Shown here piece by piece: positions 25,877 through 39,275 of a stretch of DNA of 64,000 bases. A program made the translations under genes and the position numbers. Numbering within the stretch: the first letter of the stretch is position 1; every line of letters starts with the position of its first letter. The DNA comes from Nemertoderma westbladi (lineage: Eukaryota; Animalia; Xenacoelomorpha): positions 81,828 to 145,827 of the forward strand of contig JAUCBJ010003548.1 in NCBI GenBank assembly GCA_032718475.1, given 5' to 3'. Under the pieces are notes generated by a model that was not told where the DNA came from, did no database searches, and saw nothing but the letters and a program-made list of their open reading frames with translations.

Positions 25877-27895
25877 AAAAGTCCCAGTGTTCGGCATCTA
25901 GATAAGACTTTGACGTCGGTGTCCCAGTGTCCGGCATCTAGATAAGACTTTGACGTCGGTGTCCCAGTGTCCGGCATCTAGATAGACTTTGACGTCGGTG
26001 TCCCAGTGTCCGGCAACTAGATAAGACTTTGACGTCGGTGTCCCAATGTTCGGCATCTAGATAAGACTTTGACGTCGGTGTCCCAGTGTCCGGCATCTAG
26101 ATAGACTTTGACGTCGGTGTCCCAGTGTCCGGCAACTAGATAGACTTTGACGTCGGTGTCCCAGTGTCCGGCATCTAGATAGACTTTGACGTCGGTGTCC
26201 CAGTGTCCGGCATCTAGATAGACTTTGACGTCGGTGTCCCAGTGTCCGGCATCTAGATAGACTTTGACGTCGGTGTCCCAGTGTCCGGCATCTAGATAGA
26301 CTTTGACGTCGGTGTCCCAGTGTCCGGCATCTAGATAGACTTTGACATCGGTGTCCCAGTGTCCGGCATCTAGATAGACTTTGACGTCGGTGCCCCAGTG
26401 TCCGGCATCCATATAGACTTTGACGTCGGTGTCCCAGTGTTCGGCATCTAGATAAGACTTTGACGTCGGTGTCCCAGTGTCCGGCATCTAGATAGACTTT
26501 GACGTCGGTGTCCCAGTGTCCGGCAACTAGATAGACTTTGACGTCGGTGTCCCAGTGTCCGGCATCTACTACTACTATGATCGGCATGCTGCATTGCAGC
26601 TGCATTTTTAAGAATGCTGTGCCGGCTTGTCAACAAAATTGCACCGCCACAACTCCCTATCACCCATGACATTTGCTAGATCATCCGCATCTTTAAGGCC
26701 AGTGTCCTTTAAGATGCGTCTCAAGAAAGTCATGGGCTGTCCACCATGCTTATTCACTCCATGAGGCTGCCAAAGTACAAGATTATGCACTGGCTGGTCC
26801 TCACGGCGAAAGCAATGTCCTGCAAAGCGGAGGCGATTTTGTTCTAGTGTCAAGCTTGGGGGAACCAATGAGACACCTCCAATGTTATATAGTGTCTGGT
26901 TGGAGATGTGTGCATTGTACTTGACACAATGAACCCGGCGTAGCATTCTTGTGAATGTGCCATCCAGAGATTTGGTGTCCTCAGCAGTTAGAGCCCAGCA
27001 TGGACTCCCGTAGAGGAGTACTGGAACTACTGCTGCTCTAAATAATCGGACCTTAAGTTTCCGATTAATTCTCGGTGACTTCCAAATCCTGGAAAGCCTA
27101 TTCAAGGCTGCCCATGCCTTTCCCTTACGTATTCGAAGGTCCTCACCTGACTTCCGGATCCATGATCCCAGGTAACAGAAGTCGTCCACATGCTCAAGCA
27201 TACCATCCTTTGAGCTTATGCTCATCCGATCAGAGACTTGCTGAGGACTTTCAAAGTCCCTTTCAAAGTCCGGCATCTAGATAGACTTTGACGTCGGTGT
27301 CCCAGTGTCCGGCATCTAGATAGACTTTGACGTCGGTGTCCCAATGTTCGGCATCTAGATAAGACTTTGACGTCGGTGTCCCAGTGTCCGGCATCTAGAT
27401 AGACTTTGACGTCGGTGTCCCAGTGTCCGGCAACTAGATAGACTTTGACGTCGGTGTCCCAGTGTCCGGCATCTAGATAGACTTTGACGTCGGTGTCCCA
27501 GTGTCCGGCATCTAGATAGACTTTGACGTCGGTGTCCCAGTGTCCGGCATCTAGATAGACTTTGACATCGATGTCCCAGTGTCCGGCATCTAGATAGACT
27601 TTGACGTCGGTGCCCCAGTGTCCGGCATCCATATAGACTTTGACGCCGGTGTCCCAGTGTCCGGCATCTAGATAGACTTTGATGCTGGTGTCCCAGTGTC
27701 CGGCATCCAGATAGACTTTGACGTCGGTGTCCCAGTGTCTGGCATCCATATAGACTTTGACGCCGGTGTCCCAGTGTCCGGCATCCAGATAGACTTTGAC
27801 GCTGGTGTCCCAGTGCCCGGTATCTAGATGGACTTTGACGCTCGTATCCCAGTGTCCGGCCTCTAGGTAGACTTAGACGCCGGTGTCCCAGTACC
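25877..27895. repeat. 39/40-bp minisatellite (AGACTTTGACGTCGGTGTCCCAGTGTCCGGCATCTAGAT)n, interrupted by a LINE
   Basis: Tandem periodicity on both sides of 26569-27267; it degenerates toward 27895. Confidence 0.95.
26569..27267 (-). mobile_element. 5'-truncated RTE-clade LINE (family B)
   Basis: RT C-terminus (FCYLGS, LLYGS..W, RLRFAGH); (TAG)n tail; 12-bp TSD GTCCGGCATCTA at 26557-26568 and 27268-27279. Confidence 0.9.
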
Positions 27896-29320
27896 CGAGT
27901 GGATACAGCGCCTGAACTTCTTTCACAATTTAGTGTTTGGCGGCAAATTTTCAAAAATATAATTTAAGTTCCAAACGTTGTTTAAATCGTACCACTTCCT
28001 TTACGAAATTGTATCAATACAAATTTCCTTCGTGAAAATGAAATCTCCTATTTCGCGATATACATTATGAATAATAATGTGGGCCAAATCGGCGTTGTCC
28101 ATGTCCATCCGTATGTCTGGATCAATGTTTGGACCCTGTCACGGTAGCCGGCTAGATCTTACAGTAAACAGGCGGCTGGTTACCGAGCGTGTGATACAGT
28201 GTGTTAGGTAGTAGAGGTCTGTTTTAACTGGTTCTGTAGGGGACGGATGTTTCTGACCTGGACGTTGGGCAAAACTAGTTTCTTGTTTCTGCTTCCATGT
28301 ATAATATGATATATCAGCCAAAAAATAGTTACCAGTAATAGCAAAAGTCTAAATCCGATGTCATTGCACAAAGAACTCTGGGTCAATAATGAAACACAGG
28401 CAGTAAGGTACAGATAGCCCAATACAAAAACATTAAACTAAAGCGGCCTCTCGGGGTTTGAGCTGCCTGTGTACTGAGATATAAATTGTAATTACAGTGA
28501 TATTACCTAGCAATAGTGTGATCCATTTTTCGCGCCTCCGTAGGCAACAATACAAAAATACGCTGAATACCTATAATTGCAATATTACCAACCCCTCTCT
28601 GCAAGCTATCACTGTCCAATAAGGGAGCTTCCTATGCAAATACCACCCTTCCCTCTCATTGGAGCTAGCCTATACAAACCTATCCCTTCCTTCTCCTTGT
28701 ATTAACCCTTACCCAGTCAATAACAGGGAATATTTCTGTATACAATAAACTATATGAGACAGTGACAATGAACGTTTATTGGTCAGTCTGTAACGAGTTA
28801 ATATCAATTATGTTTTACATGTGTTTAACGTAATAATTGCACAAGAAAGACATATTCTGAATAGGTGATAATTAGGGGTCAACTTCACATTGACCCCAGA
28901 TACCGGGTTTAAAAGGGCCACTTTTGGATGATTTAAACAGTCAGTAACCACAGGCCTTAGGATCAGCCAGATCCTTAAGTTCTACCCTTCTCTCTACAAC
29001 GGTCTACTTGCTCGTATATTTAGAACCGAAATTACCGATAGATAACAGACTATGTAAACGTTACTAGCACAAAGATATATTCTGATAACCTTCAGCAGTA
29101 ATGCAGTAGACCACAGCACCAGCACCACAGCACTACATTTAATTTTTCTGTAATTATTTAATATATGACTCCGTCCGTAATTTAATATATTCTATGTCCT
29201 ACTTAATAACAATTCAATATTGTATGTCTGTATGTTGCTTGGTAGGTAGGTACCCTAACCCTGTAAATTGTTGTACATTTTAATTAAAGTAGTGTTTACT
29301 CTTATTTTATATATCAATAA

Positions 29321-29360
29321 ACCGCTGAAGACGCCCGCGAGGGTGAAATGGCCATACGGT
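29321..29360 (+). ncRNA. Minimal type I hammerhead ribozyme (Penelope pLTR type)
   Basis: ACCG-CTGAAGA-C-GCCC-GCGA-GGGT-GAAA-T-GGCC-A-TA^CGGT: CUGANGA and GAAA cores, stem I ACCG/CGGT, stem II with a GNRA loop, a minimal stem III with a palindromic GGCC loop, and an AUA cleavage triplet. Confidence 0.8.
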
Positions 29361-30482
29361 GAACAACAAAACCCTTTTTTATTATTTATATCCACGTGGT
29401 GAAAGCGAAAGGCCCTCCCCCTTCTGTAATTATGAATACACCACGAAAAGTGTCGTTCCGGTCAATTCAAAACCTAAGATTACCGTAGTGCTTGCGCACT
29501 TTGCCCTCGGTTAATCCTCTTAGTCGTAGGACAAAAAAGCAGCAAAGCCGTTTGTATCCAATCGGTCCCACCCCCGTTTGGACCAAGAACCTGGTGTTTT
29601 GCAGTTTGCACTATTGGCAAGTTCCCAATAGTGTGAGGCTGCACCAAGTTTAGTCCGACATCATTTTAGACTTTTTCAGTAACCTTTTTGTGGATTTTTG
29701 TTTTTTTTTGTTTAATAACTGTTTAAGATTATATATTGATTTTCTGGGTGGCGAAGTGCCTCAGGCATCGCTCCCGTAACAAACCCCAATATCTCAGCAA
29801 CGGCTCGGGCAGATTTGTTGAAATGTTGTATGTATGTAGTAGAGAAAAAGTTTAGGAAGTGTTTGGCGTCCTGTAAATTTATGGTGTGTCGCTAGGAGCC
29901 GCTAAAATATATAACTTCGTCTAGGATTAATAACCTTTGAACCACTGCATCAATTTTAATAAAACTTTCACAGAATGACCTAAGGAATCACCTACAAAAT
30001 GGCCTCTTAGACAAGTTCATGCTGTAAAAATTGAAAAACTCAATGTTCTTATGAAAAACCCCCGGTTGCTATTGTAAATTTTCGTTGCTAAGAACATTAA
30101 AGTCAATTCGAATATATTTTTGTCATTTGGTATAAAGTCTCATGTTTCAACTGAAAATGAAAAATAATACAGTTACAGAATTTTGAGAAAATCCAACTGT
30201 CAATTCCCATATTAGGAGTAAAACTCCCGTTTCTATGACGATAAATCATGACTTCGTTAAATAAAATTGGTATGGACCCCATATACTATTAATTATCAAA
30301 AATTCTTAAATTATTTACCTATAATGCAAATAAAATACTGAAACGATACGGGAACTACATAAATAATAAAATATGCCCATTGCTATGGTACCAATATAAT
30401 AATGACTTGTGATCCTAGTGATCATGAATGTTGACTATGTAACAATGAATATTGATGCATTTGAATTACATATAAAATGTTT

Positions 30483-33400
30483 GTAATTTTTGAAAACTTT
30501 GAGTTGGATCAACGAAATTGTGATGCAATTGCATATTTACTTGAAATAATTGCTGTACTGCAATTACCTGATACTGTGATATCTGGCTTTTTAATAACTG
30601 TTGTTATGAATGGCGGAGGAATTCATCCGAATTCACAACGAGATTTTATTAATAATACGATCGATTACAGAAAAAAAGTATGCAAGCAAGGACGTGGAGA
30701 GAACTCTTACAGATCATCTAATGTCGATGACCTCACTGTATACGATAGCACTTGGTAAAGTCGGTGAGGCTCGCAAGGAATCCATCGAGGCAAAAGACAA
30801 ACTGTTACAACTCAGGATGGATTCGTCCAACACGGTTAATACACCGGAGGTTACCGAGGGGGTGGATACCGCTACCGCAGCAACAGGAACTAATGCGAGG
30901 ATCCGCAAAGCACGGGCGATGACTACCACACCGACGCCACGGTCATCCTCGCCTCCCCCCACTAGCAACGGGAACTGGCACACGATGACAAAGCGACGGA
31001 GGTACAATCAGGCTGCTCCGGTAGTCGGAAAAAAGACGTAAACTGGCCTAGATGCGGCTCTGTCTCAAATATGCAAAGAAACTCAACTCGCCCATGTATA
31101 TGTGGGTCGATTTAAAGAAAGGGTCACACTGGACGATATTAAAAGCTATGTGGGACGGGAGCAGTTACCTTGCCTTGATGTAACTTCATGCCCTCAATCC
31201 ACCCTCTATGACAACGACAACCCAACTCGATCATTCCATATAACCTGGAATCAGGGGGATAGAGAAAACGTAATGAATCCAGAGAACTGGCCAAATAGCG
31301 TTGTTATCCGGAACTATCGATTGAACGATGCTGAGCGCGCTGCACTCAATCTTAGACCGCGTAAGGTGCTGCACCAGGGGATAACACAAGGACAAGGGGT
31401 AGCGCTTGATGTACCACCAACCGGGTCGGCAACTGTATGGACACCGGGAACTTGTGACAACCCAACCGCGCAAACAATACGACTCATCTGCAATGTAAGC
31501 GCACATCTCCAACACCCACTTTAAGATGTACGGGCTGCTCTAAACCATACCGCTACGCTGGAAGTCTGTTACGTCACCAGAAACTATGCTCTCGCTTCCA
31601 ATCTGCCTGCAACATAGGTTTGCTTGCGGAACTACCATTCACAATGGTTGTCAGCACAACGCAATCGGAGAATAATGGAAACTCACACCAGTTGAATGTG
31701 ATACTCTGGAATGTTGAGGGTATTAAATCTACCATGGAAACCACCCTTGATACTACTTTCGAGACCACGGACTTGCTCTTCCTCAGTGAGACTATGGTAA
31801 CGGATTTAATGATACCTGGTTTCACCTGCAACAACATACCATGTTCCAAGGGAGACTTAGGCCGCCCTAAAGGTGGCATATCTGTGGCGTTAAATGCTAG
31901 ACTCCACACATCCCAAACTGTTGTTTATAAAGTGAAAATTTACTTGCAATTAGCACCAATGAATTGGTGATTGTTGCTGGATACTTTATACCAGCAACTG
32001 ATGTTGCTGACATCCTTATAGAACTAATATCTACAATAAACCTGATCCGCCTGAAAAGTAACAACCCAATCCTACTTGCTGGGGATTTTAATTGCAGATT
32101 GGATAAAAATCACAACCGCGGGGACCTGCTAAGCTGTGGCTTGCTTGGTGCAGGACTAAACTGCCTTTAATGATCCCGATACACCTTAGTACCACTGCTG
32201 GAATGGGGAAAGCTGTATCGACCTTGTGTTTACCGACGCTAAACTAACGGACCACGCATCTATAAATGTGCTACAGACAATTAATACAAAACATCAACGA
32301 GTTTCTGTCAATCTATCGTTAACAGATTTAATTCCTAACAGAAAACTACGAACTAAACCTATTCAAAGAATCGATACTGATAACTTAATTGACCTGCTGA
32401 ACATGGACGAATTTGAAACTTCACTTGGCTTGGGAATTGATCCAGCCTGTACCTACATCACAACGGCAATCACAAACTCTGTAATTGTACCCAGAACTCG
32501 GCAATCTAAACCATGGTTTGATTCCAGCTGTCATACTGCCTGCCACAAAATGTGTGAAATGTGTGAAATGCACAATTTAACGAGATGAAAGCAAACCCAA
32601 ATGAACAGAGCCGCGAACAATACAGACTTAGTCAGCGAAAATACAAACAATTAATTAAGGATAAACGAAACATCTTTAAATCAAAGGAGGAGCATTTATT
32701 TTTGGATTGGTGCGAGAAAGATAAATCTTCGTTTTGGAACATATTAAGGAGCAAGCATAACTCGCAACCAGTCGCGCAGCAAGTTCCAGAGGAAATCTGG
32801 GCCAACCATTTCACTACTTTATTAACAACCGATACCGACACACAGATGCCTAATATACCAGAGAACTCTAGCTTCCCACTAGACGACCCGATCAATGCAG
32901 CGGAAGTCACTGCAGCTGTAAACTCGAATAAACCCCGGAAAGCCGCGGGCCCGGATGGCATCACAAATGACGTATTGAAGTCCGGGATTTGCCATCTGCT
33001 GCCATATTTACTTATTTTATTCACAACCTGCCTTTCCATGGGGTTATGTCCCATAACATGGCTCACCTCATATCTCTAGCCTCTCTGCAGTCGAACTGCA
33101 CCAGACTGTTATCGTGGCATAGCGCTATTATCCTGCCTCCTAAAGACATACACATCGATTCTCGCAATGCGTTTATATAAATGGGCTGAGTCGCACAATA
33201 TTCTACCCCCGGAACAGTTTGGTTTCCGTAAATTGCGATCTACTCTTATGGCTGTGAAAGCAATATACGACTACATCCATGACGCTATCCAACTTCCCGG
33301 CGGACACGCATATTGCGTGTTTGTCGACTTCCGAAAGGCATTTGACTCTATAAATAAAAAAATGCTTTGTACGAAACTGTCTGGTCTAGGGGTTAGTAGA

Positions 33401-34441
33401 CGATTTATTGCTAGTCTATGGGCAATTATGGCTATAAATTATGTATGTGTTTGCATCGGTTCAAATACATTAGATCCGATAACTCAAACAATTGGGGTTT
33501 TCCAGGGGGATAAATTATCCCCTCTATTGTTTATTTTATATGTGGTTGATCTACCACTCGTTATCATCGCTGCTGGTTGCCTGGCATTTATGTACGCCGA
33601 CGACCCTAGTCATATGCGGAAAATCCTTACAGGAGGTTCAGACAGCACTGGACAACCTTGAGACCTATTGTAAAGAAAACGACCTCACCGTAAATATTGC
33701 AAAAACGAAAGTTGTAAAGTTTCAACGTGGAGGCCGCCTTTCACGTAATGATAAACTTATGTACGATGGACATCCACTGGAATTTGTGAACTCCTTCAAC
33801 TATTTAGGTGTTGTATTATCAACTAAAAACCACTCAACAGCTCACTACGACCATCTTTATAAAAAAGATATTGTCAGTTCGATAGGACTCGCATCGAAAA
33901 TCAACTTCTCTGTAATCTATATGGACAGCGCGAAACGTCTCTGGAGTGCTGTGGTGTACCCGGCAATCACATATGGTTGTCTAACATTCACCGACGCCGA
34001 TGGCATCGCAAGTTTGGATCACATCCGCCGCACCAGAGCTTTCTATTGGAAGGTCTGGTGCGGTGTCAGCAAATTTGCTTCATCTTCGGCAATACTAAAC
34101 GCCGTTGACAACCCACAGATGTGCGACATAAATCTGTCCCGCCTGACAGGAGTCAGACGGCGTGCCGTGGCCCGGTTGCTAAGCAACGGGTTCCACCACA
34201 AACTTTGAGGGACAAATAAATGTTGGCGCCCTACGAGTAAGTGTACCTGCTGGGCGTGTGACCAGCCAGCCAACTCCGCCGACCACTACACCTCGTGCCC
34301 AGCCATCCCTAGCTGCACCTCCGACCTGCGTTACGCCATGTATTTAATTAATTTTACGCGCGACCTTTTAGACTAATAATTTTATTTATATTGGGCATGC
34401 CATTTTATTTCCAAATGTTTTGGAACAATATATATCATATT
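30483..34441 (+). mobile_element. Near full-length, frameshifted APE-type non-LTR retrotransposon (RTE-X/L2-like), ORF1 plus ORF2
   Basis: ORF1 remnants at 30610-31524 (YVGRF...NPENWPNSVVIRNY). APE motifs ILWNVEG, LSET and LAGDFN. RT motifs AAGPDGI, QFGFR, VDFRKAFD, QGDKLSPLLF and YADD. C-terminal CWAC...H...CP. 14-bp TSD CATATAAAATGTTT at 30469-30482 and 34442-34455. Clade assignment is tentative. Confidence 0.9.
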
Positions 34442-34796
34442 CATATAAAATGTTTCTAACTGGTATTATACTGTACAAACCACAAAATGTTTCCGGTTGC
34501 TATGGTAACAAGAAAAAAGGTGTCGGTAAATAATAAATTGTATTTCCAATAGGTTAGCAACATGTAAGGTAATTGACCCTAAATGGATTTCTTTTTACAC
34601 TAATAGTAAATATATTTAAAGTGATGAAACATTACAGAAGATCATGTCAAGAAACATGGCAACTGCCAATCCATTTTTATGACGACACCATTAAAAAGAT
34701 AGGTGTTATGTAATATATATTTGGAAAAATGATTTTAGCATAACTAGGGAACACATATTTGACAATGGTTTAGAAAACTATTTATATTTGCAAAAA

Positions 34797-36257
34797 TTCA
34801 CAGCTATTCTCCATAGTAGGTGATGGGGGCTACAAATACAACTGATCGGTTCAGCTGTTCTCTTGTAGGTGATGGGGGCTACAAATACAACTGATCGGTT
34901 CAGCTGTTCTCTGGTAGGTGATGGGGACACAAATACAACTGATTAGTTCAGCTGTTCTCCGGTAGGTGATGGGGACCACAATAATACAACCGATCAGTTC
35001 AGCTGTTCTCCGATAGGTGATGGGGGCTACAAATACAACCAATCGGTTCAGTTATTCTACATAGTAGGTGATGGGGGCCACAATAATACAACCGATCGGT
35101 TCAGCTGTTCTCCGGTAGGTGATGGGGGCCACAAATACAACTGATTAGTTCAGCTGTTCTCTGGTAGGTGATGGGGACACAAATACAACTGATTAGTTCA
35201 GCTGTTCTCCGGTAGGTGATGGGGACCACAATAATACAACCGATCAGTTCAGCTGTTCTCCGATAGGTGATGGGGGCTACAAATACAACCAATCGGTTCA
35301 GTTATTCTACATAGTAGGTGATGGGGGCCACAATAATACAACCGATCCGTTCAGCTGTTCTCCGGTAGGTGATGGGGGCCACTAATACAACCGATTGGTT
35401 CAGCTATTCACCGGTAGGTGATGGGGGCCACTAATACAACCGATCGGTTCAGCTGTTCTCCGGTAGGTGAAGGGGGTCACAAATACAACTGATTGGTTCA
35501 GCTGTTCTCCGATAGGTGATGGGGGCTACAAATACAACCAATCGGTTCAGTTATTCTCCATAGTAGGTGATGGGGGCTACAAATACAACCGATCAGTTCA
35601 GCTGTGCTCCAGTATGTGATGGGGGCCACTAATACAACCGATCGGTTCAGCTGTTCTCCGGTAGGTGATGGGGGCCACAATAATACAACGGATTGGTTCA
35701 GCTATTCCCCGGTAGGTGATGGGGGCCACAAATACAACTGATTGGTTCAGCTGTTCTCCGGTAGGTGATGGGGGAAACAAATACAACCAATCGGTTCAGT
35801 TGTTCTCCATAGTAGGTGATGGGGGCCACAATAATACAACGGATTGGTTCAGCTATTCCCCGGTAGGTGATGGGGGCCACAAATACAACTGATTGGTTCA
35901 GCTATTCTCCGGTAGGTGATGGGGGCCACAAATACAACTGATTAGTTCAGCTGTTCTCCGGTAGGTGATGGGGGCCACAAAATACAACTGATTAGTTCAG
36001 CTGTTCTCCGGTAGGTGATGGGGGCCACAATAATACAACCGATCAGTACAGCTGTTCTCTGGTACGTGATGGGGGCCACAATAATACAACCGATCAGTAC
36101 AGCTGTTCTCCGGTAGTTGATGGGGGCCACAAATACAACTGATTGGTTCATCTGTTCTCCGGTAGGTGATGGGGGCCATAAATACAACTGATTGGTTCAG
36201 CTGTTCTCCGGTATGTGATGTGGGCCACAAATACAACCGATTAGTTCAGCTATTCTC
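34797..36257. repeat. ~49-52-bp minisatellite (...TTCAGCTGTTCTCCGGTAGGTGATGGGGGCCACAAATACAAC...), about 29 copies
   Basis: Tandem periodicity, plus a 250-bp higher-order duplication (34851 versus 35101). Confidence 0.95.
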
Positions 36258-36669
36258 ACAAAAATATTTTTACTAGAGTGTCTTTAACATAGAGTTTACC
36301 ACACAAGCGTAGTTTTAGCGCTCTAACATCAATATTCTTGAACTTCTTTCCTAAAGGAACTCCTGGACAACAACATCAAGTCAAGTTAATAAAGTTAAGT
36401 CATTATAACTACAATTAATTTATTGCAAATATTAACCAACACATACTGCTAATAACCATTTAGCATTATATACCGGTAACATAAAACAGTTGTGGTTCCA
36501 ACAGTAAAGTAGGGATTTGGAGATAATTGTAGGTACAGTATCTCTTCTATACATCTCATTCGATACTCAAACTGCAAAATAAATAATAAAATATTAATAG
36601 TACTAGTAATCTTTTATTGTAAAAAAAAAGAGAACTTAAAAAATTGGCACTTTTCACCCAAAGATCCCA

Positions 36670-37775
36670 GAGTTGGGAATCATAAGAGAGTGTGTGGAGG
36701 CTGGACGTCATCAGAACGTGCGTTGAGGCCGGAGTGGAATTGGGACACATCTGAGAGTGTGTGGAGGCCAGAGTGGAGTTGGAACTCATAAGAGAGTGTG
36801 TGGAGGCCGGAGTGGAGTTGGGAATCATCAGAGAGTGTGTTGAGGCTGGAGTTGACTTGGAAATCATCAGAACGTGCGTTGAGAGTGGAATTAGGACACA
36901 TCTGAGAGTGTGTGGAGGCCAGAGTGGAGTTGGGAATCACCAGAGAGTGTGTGGAGGACGGAGTGGAGTAGGGATACATCAGAGAGTCGGTGGAGGCCAG
37001 AGTGGAGTTGGGACACATCAGAACGTGCGTGGAGGCCAGAGTGGAGTTGGGAATCATCAGAGAGTGTGTGGAGGCCAGAGTGGCGTTGGGAATCATAAGA
37101 GAGTGTGTGGAGGCCAGAGTGGATTTGAGAATCATCAGAGAGTGTGTGGAGGCCAGAGTGGAGTTGGGAATCATCAGAGAGTGTGTGGAGGCCAGAGTGG
37201 AGTTGGGAATCATCAGAGAGTGTGTGGAGGCCAGAGTGGCGTTGGGAATCATAAGAGAGTGTGTGGAGGCCAGAGTGGAGTTGGGAATCATCAGAGAGTG
37301 TGTGGAGGCCAGAGTGGCGTTGGGAATCATAAGAGAGTGTGTGGAGGCCAGAGTGGAGTTGGGAATCATCAGAGAGTGTGTGGAGGCCAGAGTGGCGTTG
37401 GGAATCATAAGAGAGTGTGTGGAGGCCAGAGTGGAGTTGGGAATCATCAGAGAGTGTGTGGAGGCCAGAGTGGAGTTGGGAATCATCAGAGAGTGTGTGG
37501 AGGCCAGAGTGGCGTTGGGAATCATAAGAGAGTGTGTGGAGGCCAGAGTGGAGTTGGGAATCATCAGAGAGTGTGTGGAGGCCAGAGTGGCGTTGGGAAT
37601 CATAAGAGAGTGTGTGGAGGCCAGAGTGGAGTTGGGAATCATCAGAGAGTGTGTGGAGGCCAGAGTGGCGTTGGGAATCATAAGAGAGTGTGTGGAGGCC
37701 AGAGTGGAGTTGGGTCACATCAGAGAGTGTGTGGAGGCCAGAGTGGAGTTGGGAATCATCAGAATTTGTGTGGAT
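36670..37775. repeat. 39-bp minisatellite (TCATCAGAGAGTGTGTGGAGGCCAGAGTGGAGTTGGGAA)n, about 28 copies
   Basis: Tandem periodicity with two alternating variants; it causes the 13-aa-repeat ORFs in several frames. Confidence 0.95.
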
Positions 37776-38166
37776 GCCATTTTTAGCACCCTAGATTTAA
37801 GATACATTTGGTTTTAGTGGTATCCAACTTTGTCTAAGGAGCTGAAGAACAGTTAAATTGACCATGTTTTACTCATTACTTTGAAATACTTATTTTCTTT
37901 TTCTTTATTAAATTTCTTAAAAATAATTAATACAATTTCGCACTGGGGTTTTCGAAGTCGGTAAGTTAATTTCCGATGTTAGTTTCAATATTTTGGTTGA
38001 ACCTAGTTTGTCCCATAGTTAGTCTAGCTGAAATGTAAAATAAAATATGTGAAACTTTGACATGGGGGGTAGGGGTTCAAAAAACAATATTTGTAATTAG
38101 ACATCTTGGTCTTCTACAAACGTCATAACACAACACAAGTATGTAATAACGTAATAATAACATGTA

Positions 38167-39275
38167 TGTGGGGCGAGCGGCGAAAGTAAGCGAACTTAGC
38201 ATACAGGTACCACTAACTCAATCGGTGTGTCTGTTGTTCTGTTGTACTGTCGGTCTGTTCTGTTGATCTGTTGTGTCCAATTTTAAACTTACGTTTAACT
38301 AACGTAGTAACTTACGATACTAACGTTAATAACTCAGCAAAATCTCGATAAAATATATCCAAACTTGGTACATATGTAGTCTGGCAAAAGTTTAGAAATT
38401 TTCCAAGTTGAATTTGCGTGGGGTCTTCGAGCAGCATCTGTGTAACTGTCTTACAGTTATAATAAATTAATCTACCCAAAAATTATTAGGCTTGGCATCA
38501 GCATTGGCTGGTTGCTAGGAGACTACAGGATTACAGTAAGGTACCGGTACTGTTAACTGTTACAGTGGTACAGAGTTACCGGTACCGTCTTCAGGTCGTT
38601 GGTCGTTGGCAAGGCCATCTAAACAACTTCTTAATCTAAACAGCTTCCGACAGTCCGATGTATCTGGACCCGAGCAGCCGAGTGGCATCAAGATGCGATT
38701 AACTGAGGAATAAATACTACGGAATGGCTTGCTTGTCAGTAAGATTATATTTACTACACTGGGAATACGGCGGTCGGTCGGATCGTAATGCGGGCCACTG
38801 CCAAGTTCCTCATGCCTCACTCAGGCCACCCACCTTGGAGTGCGGTGGGAAGAGTCCCACTTACGTCGAAGACTGGACGAATCGACGGGGATTGCGATTT
38901 GTGTTTAGCGGCGGCCCGGACAACCAGATCCTGGGATCGCCTGGGGGAAATTGATGAAAGTCGGGCAGACGTGTATCGCACCGGATTACGTTCTCTGCCA
39001 CGCGAAAGTGTGAGGCGAATTCGTTTTAGAATTGGGTCGGAAGCTGCGGGAATTCTACTGTTCTACGGGAATAAACCGCAGCTGTCCGGTGACTACGGAC
39101 GGATACTGGGATGAGCAGGTATTTCGATCGAATTTCTCGTATTCTCGATTTTCTCGAATTCTCGATATTTCCTATAAACCACATGGCTTCGCATATTGAA
39201 CGTGTGATTGGAAATAAGTTTGTGCTACCCTTCCGCCCCTTGGGTGGTAGATGTCGCGGTTATGTATTGGTTGGT
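38167..39275 (+). mobile_element. DINE-1/HINE-like element, copy 5 (3'-truncated)
   Basis: The first 360 bp match the reverse complement of 1880-2170; 39170-39275 matches the reverse complement of about 5720-5820; the interior is GC-richer and unique. Confidence 0.6.

Noticed and set aside
26017-27954. VYLDAGHWDTDVK-repeat ORFs
   Set aside because: Translation of a 39-bp array that contains frame-breaking 40-bp units and a LINE insertion.
36680-37817. 13-aa repeat ORFs (mucin-like or HSGLH)
   Set aside because: A 39-bp array open in four or more frames; no frame is favoured.
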